Shown: piece by piece, positions 10,289 through 23,659 of the stretch
How the letters are laid out: each line of letters opens with the position of its first letter
Numbering within the stretch: the stretch's first letter is position 1
From: Eledone cirrhosa
Taxonomy: Eukaryota
Reading direction: 5' to 3'
DNA length: 64,000 nucleotides
Assembly: GCA_964016885.1 (NCBI GenBank)
Contig: CAXHJY010000151.1
Coordinates: 62,001-126,000 of the forward strand
The notes under the pieces: model-generated
Seen by the model: only the letters and a program-made list of their open reading frames with translations
The model's database searches: none
What the model was told of the DNA's origin: nothing
Translations under genes and position numbers: made by a program

Positions 10289-13200
10289 CATTCGCCGCCG
10301 GACTTCAGCTTCCTCATTTAGCATGGGCAGTTTTTCTTGAAAATCACACCACACACAGCAAATGTGTGTCCGCACATGTACCAGTAATTACAGATCGATT
10401 CCGGTGAAAATTCACTGAAAACGGGCCATCCGGCCCTGTGCGTCGATCGTGGGCCGGCCGGATGTTGACGGATCGATGTGTAATTAGAAGTACATGTGCG
10501 GACACTCATTGGCTGTGCGTGGTATGCATTTCAGCAAGATATCTCCGTAACATCAAGAGTTATGGCTGTGGAGGCACACCTAGTCAAACGTAAACAAGGT
10601 CTGGAGCGTTTACGCTTCGCGATTTTGTTTACGTTTGACTAGGTGTGCCTCCACAGCCACAACTCTTGATGTTACGGAGATATCTTGCTGAAATGCATAC
10701 CGCGCACAGCCAATGAGTGTCCGCACATGTACTTCTAATTACACATCGATCCGTCAACATCCGGCCGGCCCACGATCGACGCACAGGGCCGGATGGCCCG
10801 TTTTCAGTGAATTTTCACCGGAATCGATCTGTAATTACTGGTACATGTGCGGAGACACATTTGCTGTGTGTGGTGTGATTTTCAAGAAAAACTGCCCATG
10901 CTAAATGAGGAAGCTGAAGTCCGCCGGCGAATGGTGTGCTTCGAAGAAAACTAATTCGAAAATGACCGTTTGCAGGCGGAGTAACCTTTTCGATCGTGGG
11001 CCAGCCGCCCGTGGTGGGATCCATCTGTAATTACTGGTACATGTGCGGACATACATTTGCTGTGTGTGGTGTGATTTTCAAGAAGAACTGCCCATGCTAA
11101 ATGAGGAAGCTGAAGTCCGCCGGCGAATGGTGTGCTTCGAAGAAAACTAATTCGAAAATGACCGTTTGCAGGCGGGGTAACCTTTTCGATCGTGGGCCAG
11201 CCGCCCGTGGTGGGATCCATCTGTAATTACTGGTACATGTGCGGACACACATTTGCTGTGTGTGGTGTGATTTTCGAGAAAGACTGCCCATGCTAAATGA
11301 GGAAGCTGAAGTCCGCCGGCGAATGGTGTGCTTCGAAGAAAACTAATTCGAAAATGACTATTTGCCGGCGGAATCACCTTTTCGGTCCTGGTCCGGCCGG
11401 ATCTTGCCGGATCGATCGGAAATTTGTGGACCATGTTCGGAAGGCCATTGTGCATGTGTGGTGAAAAAAATTTGTGTCGAAATCTTCTCGGAAAATAACG
11501 GATCGCCGGCGGAGATTGCCATTTCGATCGTGGGCCGGCCGGATCTTGTCGGATCGATTCGGACATATGTGCATCGTGTTCGCAAGGCCCTTGTCTATGT
11601 GTGGTGTGATTTTCATAAAGAAATTCCGAAAAACCCAGTTTTAAATCTGATTTCGCCAAAGAATTTTGGCTATCAGATCGGGTTGAAAGGTATGGTTTCA
11701 GGTCGATCTGAAAGTCTAAAATGGAATTCACTCGGTTAGCTAACTATTGATATTTCGGAGATATCTTTCTGAAAATCACACCACACACTCCCAATGAGTG
11801 TCTGCACATGTACCAGTAATTACAGATGGATCCCACCACGGGCGGCCGGCCCACGATCGAAAAGGTTACTCCGAAGCACACCATTCGCCGGCGGAATTCA
11901 TTTAGCATGGGCAGTTTTTCTCGAAAATCACACCACACACAGCCAATGAGTGTCCGCACATGTACCAGTAATTACAGATGGATCCCACCACGGGCGGCTG
12001 GCCCACGATCGAAAAGGTTACTCCGCCTGCAAACGGTCATTTTCGAATTCGTTTTCTTCGAAGCACACGATTCGCCGGCGGACTTCAGCTGCCTCATTTA
12101 GCATGGGCAGTTTTTCTCGAAAATCACACCACACACAGCAAATGTGTGTCCGCACATGTACCAGTAATTACAGATCGATTCCGGTGAAAATTCACTGAAA
12201 ACGGGCCATTCGGCCCTGTGCGTCGATCGTGGGCCGGCCGGATGTTGACGGATCGATGTGTAATTAGAAGTACATGTGCGGACACTCATTGGCTGTGCGT
12301 GGTATGCATTTCAGCAAGATATCTCCGTAACATCAAGAGTTATGGCTGTGGAGGCACACCTAGTCAAACGTAAACAAGCTCTGGAGCGTATACGCTTCGC
12401 GATTTTGTTTACGTTTGACTAGGTGTGCCTCCACAGCCACAACTCTTGATGTTACGGAGATATCTTGCTGAAATGCATACCACGCACAGCCAATGAGTGT
12501 CCGCACATGTACTTCTAATTACACATCGATCCGTCAACATCCGGCCGGCCCACGATCGACGCACAGGGCCGGATGGCCCGTTTTCAGTGAATTTTCACCG
12601 GAATCGATCTGTAATTACTGGTACATGTGCGGACACACATTTGCTGTGTGTGGTGTGATTTTCACGAAAAACTGCCCATGCTAAATGAGGAAGCTGAAGT
12701 CCGCCGGCGAATGGTGTGCTTCGAAGAAAACTAATTCGAAAATGACCGTTTGCAGGCGGAGTAACCTTTTCGATCGTGGGCCAGCCGCCCGTGGTGGGAT
12801 ACATCTGTAATTACTGGTACATGTGCGGACACACATTTGCTGTGTGTGGTGTGATTTTCGAGAAAGACTGCCCATGCTAAATGAGGAAGCTGAAGTCCGC
12901 CGGCGAATGGTGTGCTTCGAAGAAAACTAATTCGAAAATGACTATTTGCCGGCGGAATCACCTTTTCGGTCCTGGTCCGGCCGGATCTTGCCGGATCGAT
13001 CGGAAATTTGTGGACCATGTTCGGAAGGCCATTGTGCATGTGTGATGAAAAAAATTTGTGTCGAAATCTTCTCGGAAAATAACGGATCGCCGGCGAAGAT
13101 TGCCATTTCGATCGTGGGCCGGCCGGATCTTGTCGGATCGATTCGGACATATGTGCATCGTGTTCGCAAGGCCCTTGTCTATGTGTGGTGTGATTTTCAT

Positions 13201-15700
13201 AAAGAAATTCCGAAAAACCCAGTTTTAAATCTGATTTCGCCAAAGAATTTTGGCTATCAGATCGGGTTGAAAGGTATGGTTTCAGGTCGATCTGAAAGTC
13301 TAAAATGGAATTCACTCGGTTAGCTAACTTTTGATATATCGGAGATATCTTTCTGAAAATCACACCACACACTCCCAATGAGTGTCTGCACATGTACCAG
13401 TAATTACAGATGGATCCCACCACGGGCGGCCGGCCCACGATCGAAAAGGTTACTCCGAAGCACACCATTCGCCGGCGGAATTCATTTAGCATGGGCAGTT
13501 TTTCTCGAAAATCACACCACACACAGCCAATGAGTGTCCGCACATGTACCAGTAATTACAGATGGATCCCACCACGGGCGGCTGGCCCACGATCGAAAAG
13601 GTTACTCCGCCTGCAAACGGTCATTTTCGAATTCGTTTTCTTCGAAGCACACGATTCGCCGGCGGACTTCAGCTGCCTCATTTAGCATGGGCAGTTTTTC
13701 TCGAAAATCACACCACACACAGCAAATGTGTGTCCGCACATGTACCAGTAATTACAGATCGATTCCGGTGAAAATTCACTGAAAACGGGCCATTCGGCCC
13801 TGTGCGTCGATCGTGGGCCGGCCGGATGTTGACGGATCGATGTGTAATTAGAAGTACATGTGCGGACACTCATTGGCTGTGCGTGGTATGCATTTCAGCA
13901 AGATATCTCCGTAACATCAAGAGTTATGGCTGTGGAGGCACACCTAGTCAAACGTAAACAAGCTCTGGAGCGTATACGCTTCGCGATTTTGTTTACGTTT
14001 GACTAGGTGTGCCTCCACAGCCACAACTCTTGATGTTACGGAGATATCTTGCTGAAATGCATACCACGCACAGCCAATGAGTGTCCGCACATGTACTTCT
14101 AATTACACATCGATCCGTCAACATCCGGCCGGCCCACGATCGACGCACAGGGCCGGATGGCCCGTTTTCAGTGAATTTTCACCGGAATCGATCTGTAATT
14201 ACTGGTACATGTGCGGACACACATTTGCTGTGTGTGGTGTGATTTTCACGAAAAACTGCCCATGCTAAATGAGGAAGCTGAAGTCCGCCGGCGAATGGTG
14301 TGCTTCGAAGAAAACTAATTCGAAAATGACCGTTTGCAGGCGGAGTAACCTTTTCGATCGTGGGCCAGCCGCCCGTGGTGGGATACATCTGTAATTACTG
14401 GTACATGTGCGGACACACATTTGCTGTGTGTGGTGTGATTTTCGAGAAAGACTGCCCATGCTAAATGAGGAAGCTGAAGTCCGCCGGCGAATGGTGTGCT
14501 TCGAAGAAAACTAATTCGAAAATGACTATTTGCCGGCGGAATCACCTTTTCGGTCCTGGTCCGGCCGGATCTTGCCGGATCGATCGGAAATTTGTGGACC
14601 ATGTTCGGAAGGCCATTGTGCATGTGTGGTGAAAAAAATTTGTGTCGAAATCTTCTCGGAAAATAACGGATCGCCGGCGGAGATTGCCATTTCGATCGTG
14701 GGCCGGCCGGATCTTGTCGGATCGATTCGGACATATGTGCATCGTGTTCGCAAGGCCCTTGTCTATGTGTGGTGTGATTTTCATAAAGAAATTCCGAAAA
14801 ACCCAGTTTTAAATCTGATTTCGCCAAAGAATTTTGGCTATCAGATCGGGTTGAAAGGTATGGTTTCAGGTCGATCTGAAAGTCTAAAATGGAATTCACT
14901 CGGTTAGCTAACTATTGATATATCGGAGATATCTTTCTGAAAATCACACCACACACTCCCAATGAGTGTCTGCACATGTACCAGTAATTACAGATGGATC
15001 CCACCACGGGCGGCCGGCCCACGATCGAAAAGGTTACTCCGAAGCACACCATTCGCCGGCGGAATTCATTTAGCATGGGCAGTTTTTCTCGAAAATCACA
15101 CCACACACAGCCAATGAGTGTCCGCACATGTACCAGTAATTACAGATGGATCCCACCACGGGCGGCTGGCCCACGATCGAAAAGGTTACTCCGCCTGCAA
15201 ACGGTCATTTTCGAATTAGTTTTCTTCGAAGCACACCATTCGCCGGCGGACTTCAGCTTCCTCATTTAGCATGGGCAGTTTTTCTTGAAAATCACACCAC
15301 ACACAGCAAATGTGTGTCCGCACATGTACCAGTAATTACAGATCGATTCCGGTGAAAATTCACTGAAAACGGGCCATTCGGCCCTGTGCGTCGATCGTGG
15401 GCCGGCCGGATGTTGACGGATCGATGTGTAATTAGAAGTACATGTGCGGACACTCATTGGCTGTGCGTGGTATGCATTTCACTAAGATATCTCCGTAACA
15501 TCAAGAGTTATGGCTGTGGAGGCACACCTAGTCAAACGTAAACAAGGTCTGGAGCGTTTACGCTTCGCGATTTTGTTTACGTTTGACTAGGTGTGCCTCC
15601 ACAGCGACAACTCTTGATGTTACGGAGATATCTTGCTGAAATTCATACCACGCACAGCCAATGAGTGTCCGCACATGTACCTGTAATTACACATCGATCC
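10289..15700. repeat. palindromic higher-order satellite: 1584-bp period, 196/152-bp subunits in alternating orientation
   Basis: ORF periodicity 11826/13410/14994 and 12493/14077; the same ORF occurs on opposite strands (10318- and 10713+); hairpin centres at ~10611, 12391, 13975, 15559. Confidence 0.93.
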
Positions 15701-15811
15701 GACGACGGACAGAGTATTCGGTTTATTTTCTTGACATATTTCTTTACATATTGTCCAGGCATGCACTTTTTCCATGATTAGTTCTGTTGACGGCCCGCTT
15801 TCCAAAATACC

Positions 15812-15843
15812 TTATCCTGTGCAACGCCGGGTACCACTGCTAG
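15812..15843 (+). mobile_element. Helitron-type 3' terminus (GC hairpin plus CTAG, followed by T)
   Basis: CCTGTGCAACGCCGGG-TACCACTG-CTAG|T. Copy ends at 45360. Confidence 0.75.
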
Positions 15844-16242
15844 TATATATATGTGTATGTATATATATATATATATATTGGTAAACGGAATAGAAAATTG
15901 TGACAAATTGTTCACAGTGAAAAATAGTTTAATTAGGAATAAGTGATAATTAGTAATAGTATTGGTTAGTATTAAGTTTTGGTTTTAAGTTTTACCGGTT
16001 GCGCATTTCTAATGCTTTTCAAAAATAATTTTGAGATAGAGCGTCCGTGATGTTTGCTCTGATCTGTATATATATATATATATATATAGACAAACAGTAG
16101 AAAGGAAAAAGATTTTTTCAGTAGAAATTGCTGAAGAGATTCTTTCAGTGTAATTTCAAAACATTAATTTATTTATAAAGTGGATATTTCCACATTTAAT
16201 AATGGCACTGGGTTCAGCATTATATACATTGTCAATTGTGGA

Positions 16243-16570
16243 TTCTACTTTTGGCACAAGGGCTGCAATTATCCAGTACATTACTGGTACTTTATTATTT
16301 ATACAAATAATAATTGTTTCTACTTTTGGCACAAGGGCAGCAATTACCCAGTACATTACTGGTACTTTATTATTTATACAAATAATAATTGTTTCTACTT
16401 TAGGCACAAGGTCAGCAATTACCCAGTACATTACTGGTACTTTATTATTTATACAAATAATAATTGTTTCTACTTTAGGCACAAGGTCAGCAATTACCCC
16501 AGTACTTTATTTTATCGACCCCGTAAGGATGAAAGAAAAGTTAACCTCAACGGGATTTGAACTCAGTCTG
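16243..16570 (-). repeat. 72-bp tandem repeat (~3.5 units) of a SINE 3' portion plus adjoining SINE core
   Basis: TTCTACTTT.GGCACAAGG..AGCAATTACCCAGTACATTACTGGTACTTTATT repeated, then TTTATCGACCCCGTAAGGATGAAAG..GATTTGAACTCAG. Copy at ~45776-46103. Confidence 0.8.
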
Positions 16571-17189
16571 TAAAGGGAGGTAACTGCTGGATTAATTTGG
16601 TTAATTAAGTTAACAGAAATTATGAACCGGTTTCTACAGAGCCTTCTGGACATTTAACCCTTTAGCATTTAAACCAGCCATACCTAGCCAGAATACTCTC
16701 ACATCTTTCTGTTCAAACCAGCCATAACTGGCCACTCATACTGACGTTAAGGTATTGTTCTCAATATAAATAATATCAAAATCTCATAGATTCGATATTA
16801 TATGAGATAATTATGTAAGATAAAGCCTTTACCACAAAAATACAATAGTATATATAGAGTAATAAAAATGCTAAAGGGTAAAAGTAGCTTATTATTTTGT
16901 GAGCTCTTGCTACTTATTGCTCTTGTGCATCAAGAACATACACAGCTTACATTTTGTTGCTAATCTCACTGAGATCCAACTACATCTCTTGTTTATCCAT
17001 AGTTTGGAATTTCTACCTACTCCTTTCCTTTAGAATGATCAAGGCCATTTTCTTGTGGGGATCTAGGCCCTGTTTTCCTTTCTATTTTGCCAAGTTATCT
17101 TACATCACTTTCATTCTAGACCATGCTTCCAGGTTTGGAAGTTCTCCTCTAATTTTACCACAGATTAAGTGACAAGGGTTCAATCATGT

Positions 17190-18880
17190 GCATACAGGAG
17201 TTCCCATGGACAGCCAGTAATATGTAATAGCCTGCAGGATGATAATAAACAGAAGAGGGTTAATTACAGAGCCCTGATAGAGGGTTAATAACAGAGCCCT
17301 GATAGACTTGTTCACTCAACTCCTCACTATAGCCATCATTACTTTTAACCTTACTGACTGCTCCTCCATACATGGCTTTTACTGCTCTCACAAGCCACTC
17401 ATATACCCCTAGTTTTCTAAGTTATACACCAGATTAGGGAAGGGGGAAGTCTCACAGAAGCTCTCTCTGGGTCAACAAATGCCAAGTAGAGGGGCTTATT
17501 TTAGCTAGGTACTACTCTTGCAGTTGCCACACAAGGAAGAGGACATCAGTGGTACTTTTACCTGGCACAAATCCAAACTTCATCTCATCTAGGTTAACTT
17601 GGTCCCTAATCAGCTGTGTTATAAATCTAACACCTTCATGAAGTGGTCCATCTAATATCTCTATAGTTTTCTAGCTCTAGTACATCTCCTTTGCCCTTGT
17701 AGCAGTTGATGATGATGATACTACACCATTTATTTGGTATGACACCATTTTGTATTACATGCTGTACGATACCAGTGGTTAAGATGTGACCCACCATCCC
17801 AGATACTTTCAGTATCTCAGCAACTATCACCAATGGACAAGATACTTTCTCTGTCTTCATATCCTTAATTACCTTACTTCATATCCTTAATTACCTTACT
17901 GCTTACTTGTATGGCTGGACCCTCTGTTGGGCCCACTTTCCGTAGACTATCTTCCTCCCATGCATTCTCCTCATTCAGTAATCTTTCATAAAGGCATTTC
18001 CATGTTACAAAGGTTGGCTGAAAAGTTCATAGACTATCAATGATAGCATGATGCTAGAGCTGTGAAATCTTGCCTGCATTAATTTCAACTCTTCTTATTA
18101 ATAACTGCATTGTTTCCTTCCAGGGACTATGTTGAAAAATAAACCTCATTTGGTCATTCCATGAGTGTATCTTGGTCTGCCTATGAACTTTTCAGCTGAC
18201 CCTATTCAGCATCAGTGAGCCCAAATGCCCCATTATCATCCTGGACACACTTTACCCCAACATCACAATTTGCCCTCACACACTGCCTCACAATCCTGAA
18301 CATCTCATGTATTTCATCCTCACATCATAAAACCAACTGAAATTATATATTCTCTGCTTCCCTCCTTGCAAAGAATACTTCTTGCCTAGCTTCCTGTAGT
18401 GTACCCTCCAGCTGCCTCCATTCTGCCATTATTCCATGCCTGTCTCTTGGCCTTAACTGTCTCATCTACCCTAGTGTTTCACCACCAAGATACTCTCCTC
18501 TCTGAAGCCCTGCTCCAGCCACAGATCTAGTTTGACACCTTCAGCAAAGGTTCTTTAAGGAACTCCCACTGTTCCCCTATATTGTATGTTTCTATTTGTT
18601 CTTCCTTACTGTTGTAAAGATCAAACAAAATATCTCTAAATTTGGAACTGGCTGAGGGGTCCTTTAACTTCCATATCCTTCTCCTCCAAGTTGCCCTCAG
18701 TCTTCAAGTTCATCTAAGTCTATGAAATCACTAACTACTGGGTTATGTTGGGAGGTGCATTCTTCCCCAGGGGGTGGGGATTGTGTGTTTACAAATGTCA
18801 ATATCTCATCTTCTGGTGAGGATAAAAATCTGACTGGCATGCTCCTCTGACCAATAGGTGTTGAAGTGGTTGTCGGGTAA
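17190..18880 (-). mobile_element. decayed RTE-type LINE (linker and N-terminal RT region)
   Basis: IVAEILK..G...VIPNKWCSIIIINCYKGKGDVLELENYRDI is the RT domain 0-1 signature. Copies at 46723-48413, 52970-54660 and partial 57157-57908. Confidence 0.8.
18006..18205. mobile_element. ~200-bp Tc1/mariner-like MITE inserted in the LINE
   Basis: TIRs AAGGTTGGCTGAAAAGTTCATAG (18010-18032) and CTATGAACTTTTCAGCTGACCCT (18181-18203), with TA on the left. Copies at 47539-47738 and 53786-53985. Confidence 0.75.
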
Positions 18881-18919
18881 ACGTTAAGACCCTCTGATAT
18901 ACATATATATATATATATA

Positions 18920-19200
18920 CTAGCAGTGGTACCCGGCGTTGCACGGGATAACGTATTTCGGAACGCGGGCCGCCATCTTCCACTTCAGCCGGTCGCCCTA
19001 AAGTGTTGGCTATTCAGTCTACTTGAGGCCAGTTGGTGAGGGGGGGTAAAGCTTTCAGTGTGCTACTACCCTCACGGTCAAATAGAAAGGGAGAGGAAGA
19101 AAAGTCAGCGTTAATATCGTGCTACACGTTTGAAAGGTTGGATGACCTTAGAGTTCACCAGGGTGGGGGGTTCTAAAAGTATCTATCTTGGTATTTTATC
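18920..19200 (-). mobile_element. non-autonomous Helitron-like fragment (3' terminus at 18920; 5' end uncertain)
   Basis: Reverse complement reads TTATCCCGTGCAACGCCGGGTACCACTGCTAG|T, the same terminus as 15812-15843. Copies begin at 48451, 54700, 57948. Confidence 0.7.
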
Positions 19201-19269
19201 TTAGAAGTAATCATTACAGAGTGTACTGGGTGTATTTTAGTGGGCAGTAATTCCATAAAGAACACAGTA

Positions 19270-20050
19270 TAATCTGTGGACACAAGCCTTGCAGTGTGAT
19301 TACAGGCAGGTTAATGGGAAAGATAGATTATATATGTGACATGATGTACATGAGAAGTGAGGACACAGACCACACATGAAATAGATTCCTACAACTGTCA
19401 GGGAGGCTCCCTAGAATTACAGATGACATATTTCAATATCTCGGTGATCAAGTTAGCAGTGGAGGAAGAATCTCTAAAAGTGTAATACCCAGGATAAGGA
19501 CAGGCTGGAAGAAGTTTAGAGTACTGTTCCATCTGTTGACAACAAAGGGCTTCTCTCTCAGAATGGAGGCTAGACTGCTTGATACTTATGTGTGGTCTGC
19601 AATCTACACCCCAGCCATGCCCCTTCCACTACCACTCCTTAGCTATTTCTCTCCATTAATACTCCTCACATTTCAAGCAGTTTTCTCATCTCAATGAAAG
19701 AAAAATATTGGGCTCAAGAGAAGTCTTCAGTTATGCCATGGTGTGGCAACCTCCCTAGGGTTGGGCAGAGTGTAAATGAGAGTGAAATTAGGTATGAGAG
19801 GGATCATATGCAGTATACAAGAGAGTAGATTACATTGGTATGGTCATGTGATGGGTATAAAGGATGACAGCTGTATAAAAATGTGCTGGGCAATCAAAGT
19901 TGATGGAAGTTATGAAGGCGGAAGACCCAGGATGACCTGGGATGAGGTGATAAAAGATGACTTTGCACAATTGCAACTCTCAAAGACAATGACACAGGAT
20001 AGAGATCTTGAGATGTATGCAGCAATACAGAAGGCCTGCTTTCCAATGTG
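19270..20050 (+). mobile_element. decayed RTE-type LINE 3' portion
   Basis: FQYLGDQVSSGG, RIRTGWKKFR and RLHWYGHVM...GRPRMTWDEVIKDD. Copies at ~48800-49580, 55050-55830, 58298-59078. Confidence 0.82.
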
Positions 20051-20144
20051 CACGGACTCAAACATACATCTAGTAGGCCCCTCCTAACCACTATACTCCT
20101 TTCCAAACTCCCACACTCCCACTTCTGTACACACCACCTTTAGA

Positions 20145-20852
20145 CTGTAAAGTGGTAGTGTACAAGTCACAACAAAAGCACCCAGTCCACTCTGTAAAGT
20201 TGATGTGTTGGTGTCATAACAAAAGGCACTCAGTCCACTCTGTAAAGAGGTTGTGTAAGTGTCACAACAAAGACATCTAGTCCACACTGTAAAGTGGTCA
20301 TGTAGGTGTCACAACAAAAAGTACCAGTCATTATTGTAAAGTGGTTGTATAGGTGTCATAACAAAAAGCACCCAGTCGACACTGTAAAGTGGTTGTGTAG
20401 GTGTCAGAACCAAAAGCACCCAGTCCACACTGTAAAGTGGTTGTGTAGGTGTCATGACAAAAAGCACCTAGTCCACACTGTAAAGTGGTCATGCAGGTGT
20501 CATGACAAAAAGCACCCAGTCCTCACTGTAAAGTGGTCATGTAGGTGTCATGTCAAAAAGCACCCAGTCCACCCTGTAAAGTGGTTGTGTAGGTGTCATG
20601 ATAAAAAGCACCCAGTCCACACAGTAAAGTGGTCATGTAGGTGTCACTAAAAAAGCACCCAGTCTACTCTGTAAAGTGGTCATGTAGGTGTCATGACAAA
20701 TAGCACCCAGTCCACCCTGTAAAGTGTTCATGTAGGTGTCATGACGGAGAGTAACCAGTCCACAATGTAAAGTAGCCATGTAGCTGTCACAACAAAGCAC
20801 CCAGTCCACACTGTAAAGTGGTCATGTAGGTGTCATTTCAAAAAGCACCCAG
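20145..20852 (+). repeat. 48-bp minisatellite (AAAAGCACCCAGTCCACACTGTAAAGTGGTCATGTAGGTGTCATGAC-like)
   Basis: About 15 units. Copy 2 (49675-50238) lacks 144 bp (3 units); full-length again at 55925-56632 and 59173-59880. A related motif is inverted at 2150-2290. Confidence 0.9.
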
Positions 20853-20931
20853 GTCCATGGCTTGGCCTGCTAACCGACGCTATACCCAAGTCGGTCGCCA
20901 TGCTTTCCAGCATAGAGTTACGTCTCTTTAT

Positions 20932-21045
20932 GGTCTGAGTTCAAATCACGCCGAGGTTAACTTTGCCTTTCATCCTTACGGGGTCGATAAAATAAAGCAC
21001 CAGTAATGTACTGGGGTCGATTTAATCGACTTTCCCCTCCTCTGC
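20932..21045 (+). mobile_element. tRNA-derived SINE (B-box plus conserved core)
   Basis: GAGTTCAAATC B-box followed by GAGGTTAACTTTGCCTTTCATCCTTACGGGGTCGATAAAATAAAG..CCAG..CTGGGGTCGATTTAATCGAC. Copies at ~50318, 56712, 59960. Confidence 0.78.
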
Positions 21046-21082
21046 CAAATGACACACACATGCATGGTTCGGGGGAACCTAC

Positions 21083-21124
<42 letters not shown>

Positions 21125-21992
21125 GTAGGTCACTGGTTGAGTCGGTATTAACCACAGTAACTAAGGTACTCAATACATATTAGATATAGGTGTCTTTCTA
21201 ATTGCTGGCCTTGTTCATAAGGTATACACAAGTATGATGTGTGTCTGTTTAACTGTACGTGTGAAAACATCGCGAAATTGCGCCTTTTAATATTTGAATA
21301 TAAACAGTTAAAAAATAATTATTTTAGTAATTTTTAAATATCGATAATGTGTATATAAATATTAGAAATCAATTTAATTAGTTCAGTAACATTACTCGGA
21401 GTTAAGATAAACCTTCATTTGAAGAAATTCGAGATTTGACCAAATAAATAGATTATGTGATCAATAAAAAAAATATGTATACGCGCTGTGACGACGGGTT
21501 GCAGACAGTCAGGCATACAGACACATATTTTAAAGCGTGCGACGTTAAAAGTGTTACTCTCTCTCTTTTTAGATAGATAGACTTAATTAAAGCAGTTTCA
21601 CTCTCTCTATATTTCATCAGCTCCCTCTCTCTTAAATTGAAAGATTCATTAAGGCTGAAATAATCTAAACAGTAACATCATGTTCGCTTGCGTCCAGAGA
21701 TATACACACACATATATATATATTTTTTTTGTTATCGAGTTGAGCTTTGCCAAGCATAGAATTCCAAATTTGACCATCTCCACTGAAAATGTTCGTGAAA
21801 TAGTCTTTAAGAAGCAATTTAATTTTTTCCAACTGAAACTGTAAGTATTTTAAAATTTATTTCAACATGGTCTTAAAAGATTGTTGGCTTTTTTTAAATT
21901 CATAACTATTTACTATGAAATATAAATTATTAAATCCAATTTATTTGATAACCATGATTTGATTTTATAATTACCTGAATCACGTTAACATG

Positions 21993-22033
<41 letters not shown>

Positions 22034-22284
22034 GTGTGTGTATATATATATATATATAATAATTGTTTCTACGTTACGCAGTGTATTACTGGTACTGTAT
22101 TTTACGATATTAAATATTAAATATTAACTATTAGATATTAAATATTAAATATTAGATATTAGATATTAAATATTAAATATGATATCCCTGAAATATATAT
22201 AATGAAATAAATATGGTTTTATAAATGTAATTTCCATTTGTTTAATATCAAATATATATATATATATATATGTATTTATGTATA

Positions 22285-22338
<54 letters not shown>

Positions 22339-22565
22339 GCAGACACAGACACAGAATATCGTATATATCACACACACACAATTAAGACTTGACGTGTTGC
22401 AGACAGCCAGACATACAGAGAGATATTTTAAAGCGTGCGACCTTACATTTCTTACTCTTTCTCTTATCAAAAGAGAAAGAGTAATGCTAACACTTACGTC
22501 TACTTCACGCTCTCTTGAACCGTTACAGAAATTGCATCACATCTAATTATAACTTTGTACGTTTG

Positions 22566-22815
<250 letters not shown>

Positions 22816-23153
22816 TGTCTCTCTCCCTGTCTCTCACTCTGCCTCTATCCCCCCTCTCTCTCTCTGTCTCTCCCCCCCCCTCTCTCTCTCTCTAGTAGTA
22901 GAGAGAGAGAGAGATATAAACGTATAACCCTAAACCTAACCCATCTCTCTCACTCTCTCTCTCCCCCTCTCTCTCTCTTCTCTCTCTCACTCTCCCTCTA
23001 CCCCTCCCTCTCTCTATTTCTCTCTCTCTCCAGTAGTAGAGAGAGACAAAGAGAGAGAGAGATATAAACGTATAACCCTAACCAAACCCTAACCCAACTC
23101 TAACCCAACCCTAACCCTAACCCCAACCCTAACTCTAACCTAACCCTAACCCA

Positions 23154-23184
<31 letters not shown>

Positions 23185-23520
23185 ACCCCCTCTCTCTCTC
23201 TCTAGTAGTAGAGAGAGAGACAAAGAGAGAGAGAGAGATATAAACGTATAACCCTAACCCATCTCTCTCTCTCTATTTCTCCCCCCCCCTCTCTCTCTCT
23301 AGTAGTAGAGAGAGAGAGACAAAGAGAGAGAGAGATATAAACGTATAACCCTAACCCAACCCTAACCTCTCTCTCTCCCCCCTCTCTCTCTCTATTCCCC
23401 CCCTCTCTCTCTCTCTCTAGTAGTAGAGACAGAGACAGAGAGAGAGAGAGAGATAGATATAAACGTATAACCCAACCCCAACCCTAACCCATCTCTCTCT
23501 CTCTCTCTCTCTCTCTCTTT
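22816..23520. repeat. compound repeat (CT)n-AGTAGT-(AG)n-TATAAACGTATAA-(CCCTAA)n
   Basis: Five modules read directly. Copy at ~61940-62640. Confidence 0.85.
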
Positions 23521-23659
23521 GTTTTTAACATTGTTTTGTTTTTCTTTTCTTTTCTTATTCAGATGACAAACGGCAGAGGATACAACAGAAGAAAAGAACA
23601 AAGATAATTATTATTATTATTACTATTATTATTTGTTTTATTATAATCAAAATATGCTG

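Noticed and set aside
3208-15805. Numerous repeated ORFs (MGPVGRRR.., MVPGFTM.., MDPTTGG..) as a protein family
   Set aside because: They are by-products of tandem repeats: they overlap on both strands, many lack ATG starts, frames break with unit indels, and no domain is recognisable.
20306-20650. Cys/His-rich repeat protein
   Set aside because: Translation of the 48-bp minisatellite; adjacent units contain stops and indels.
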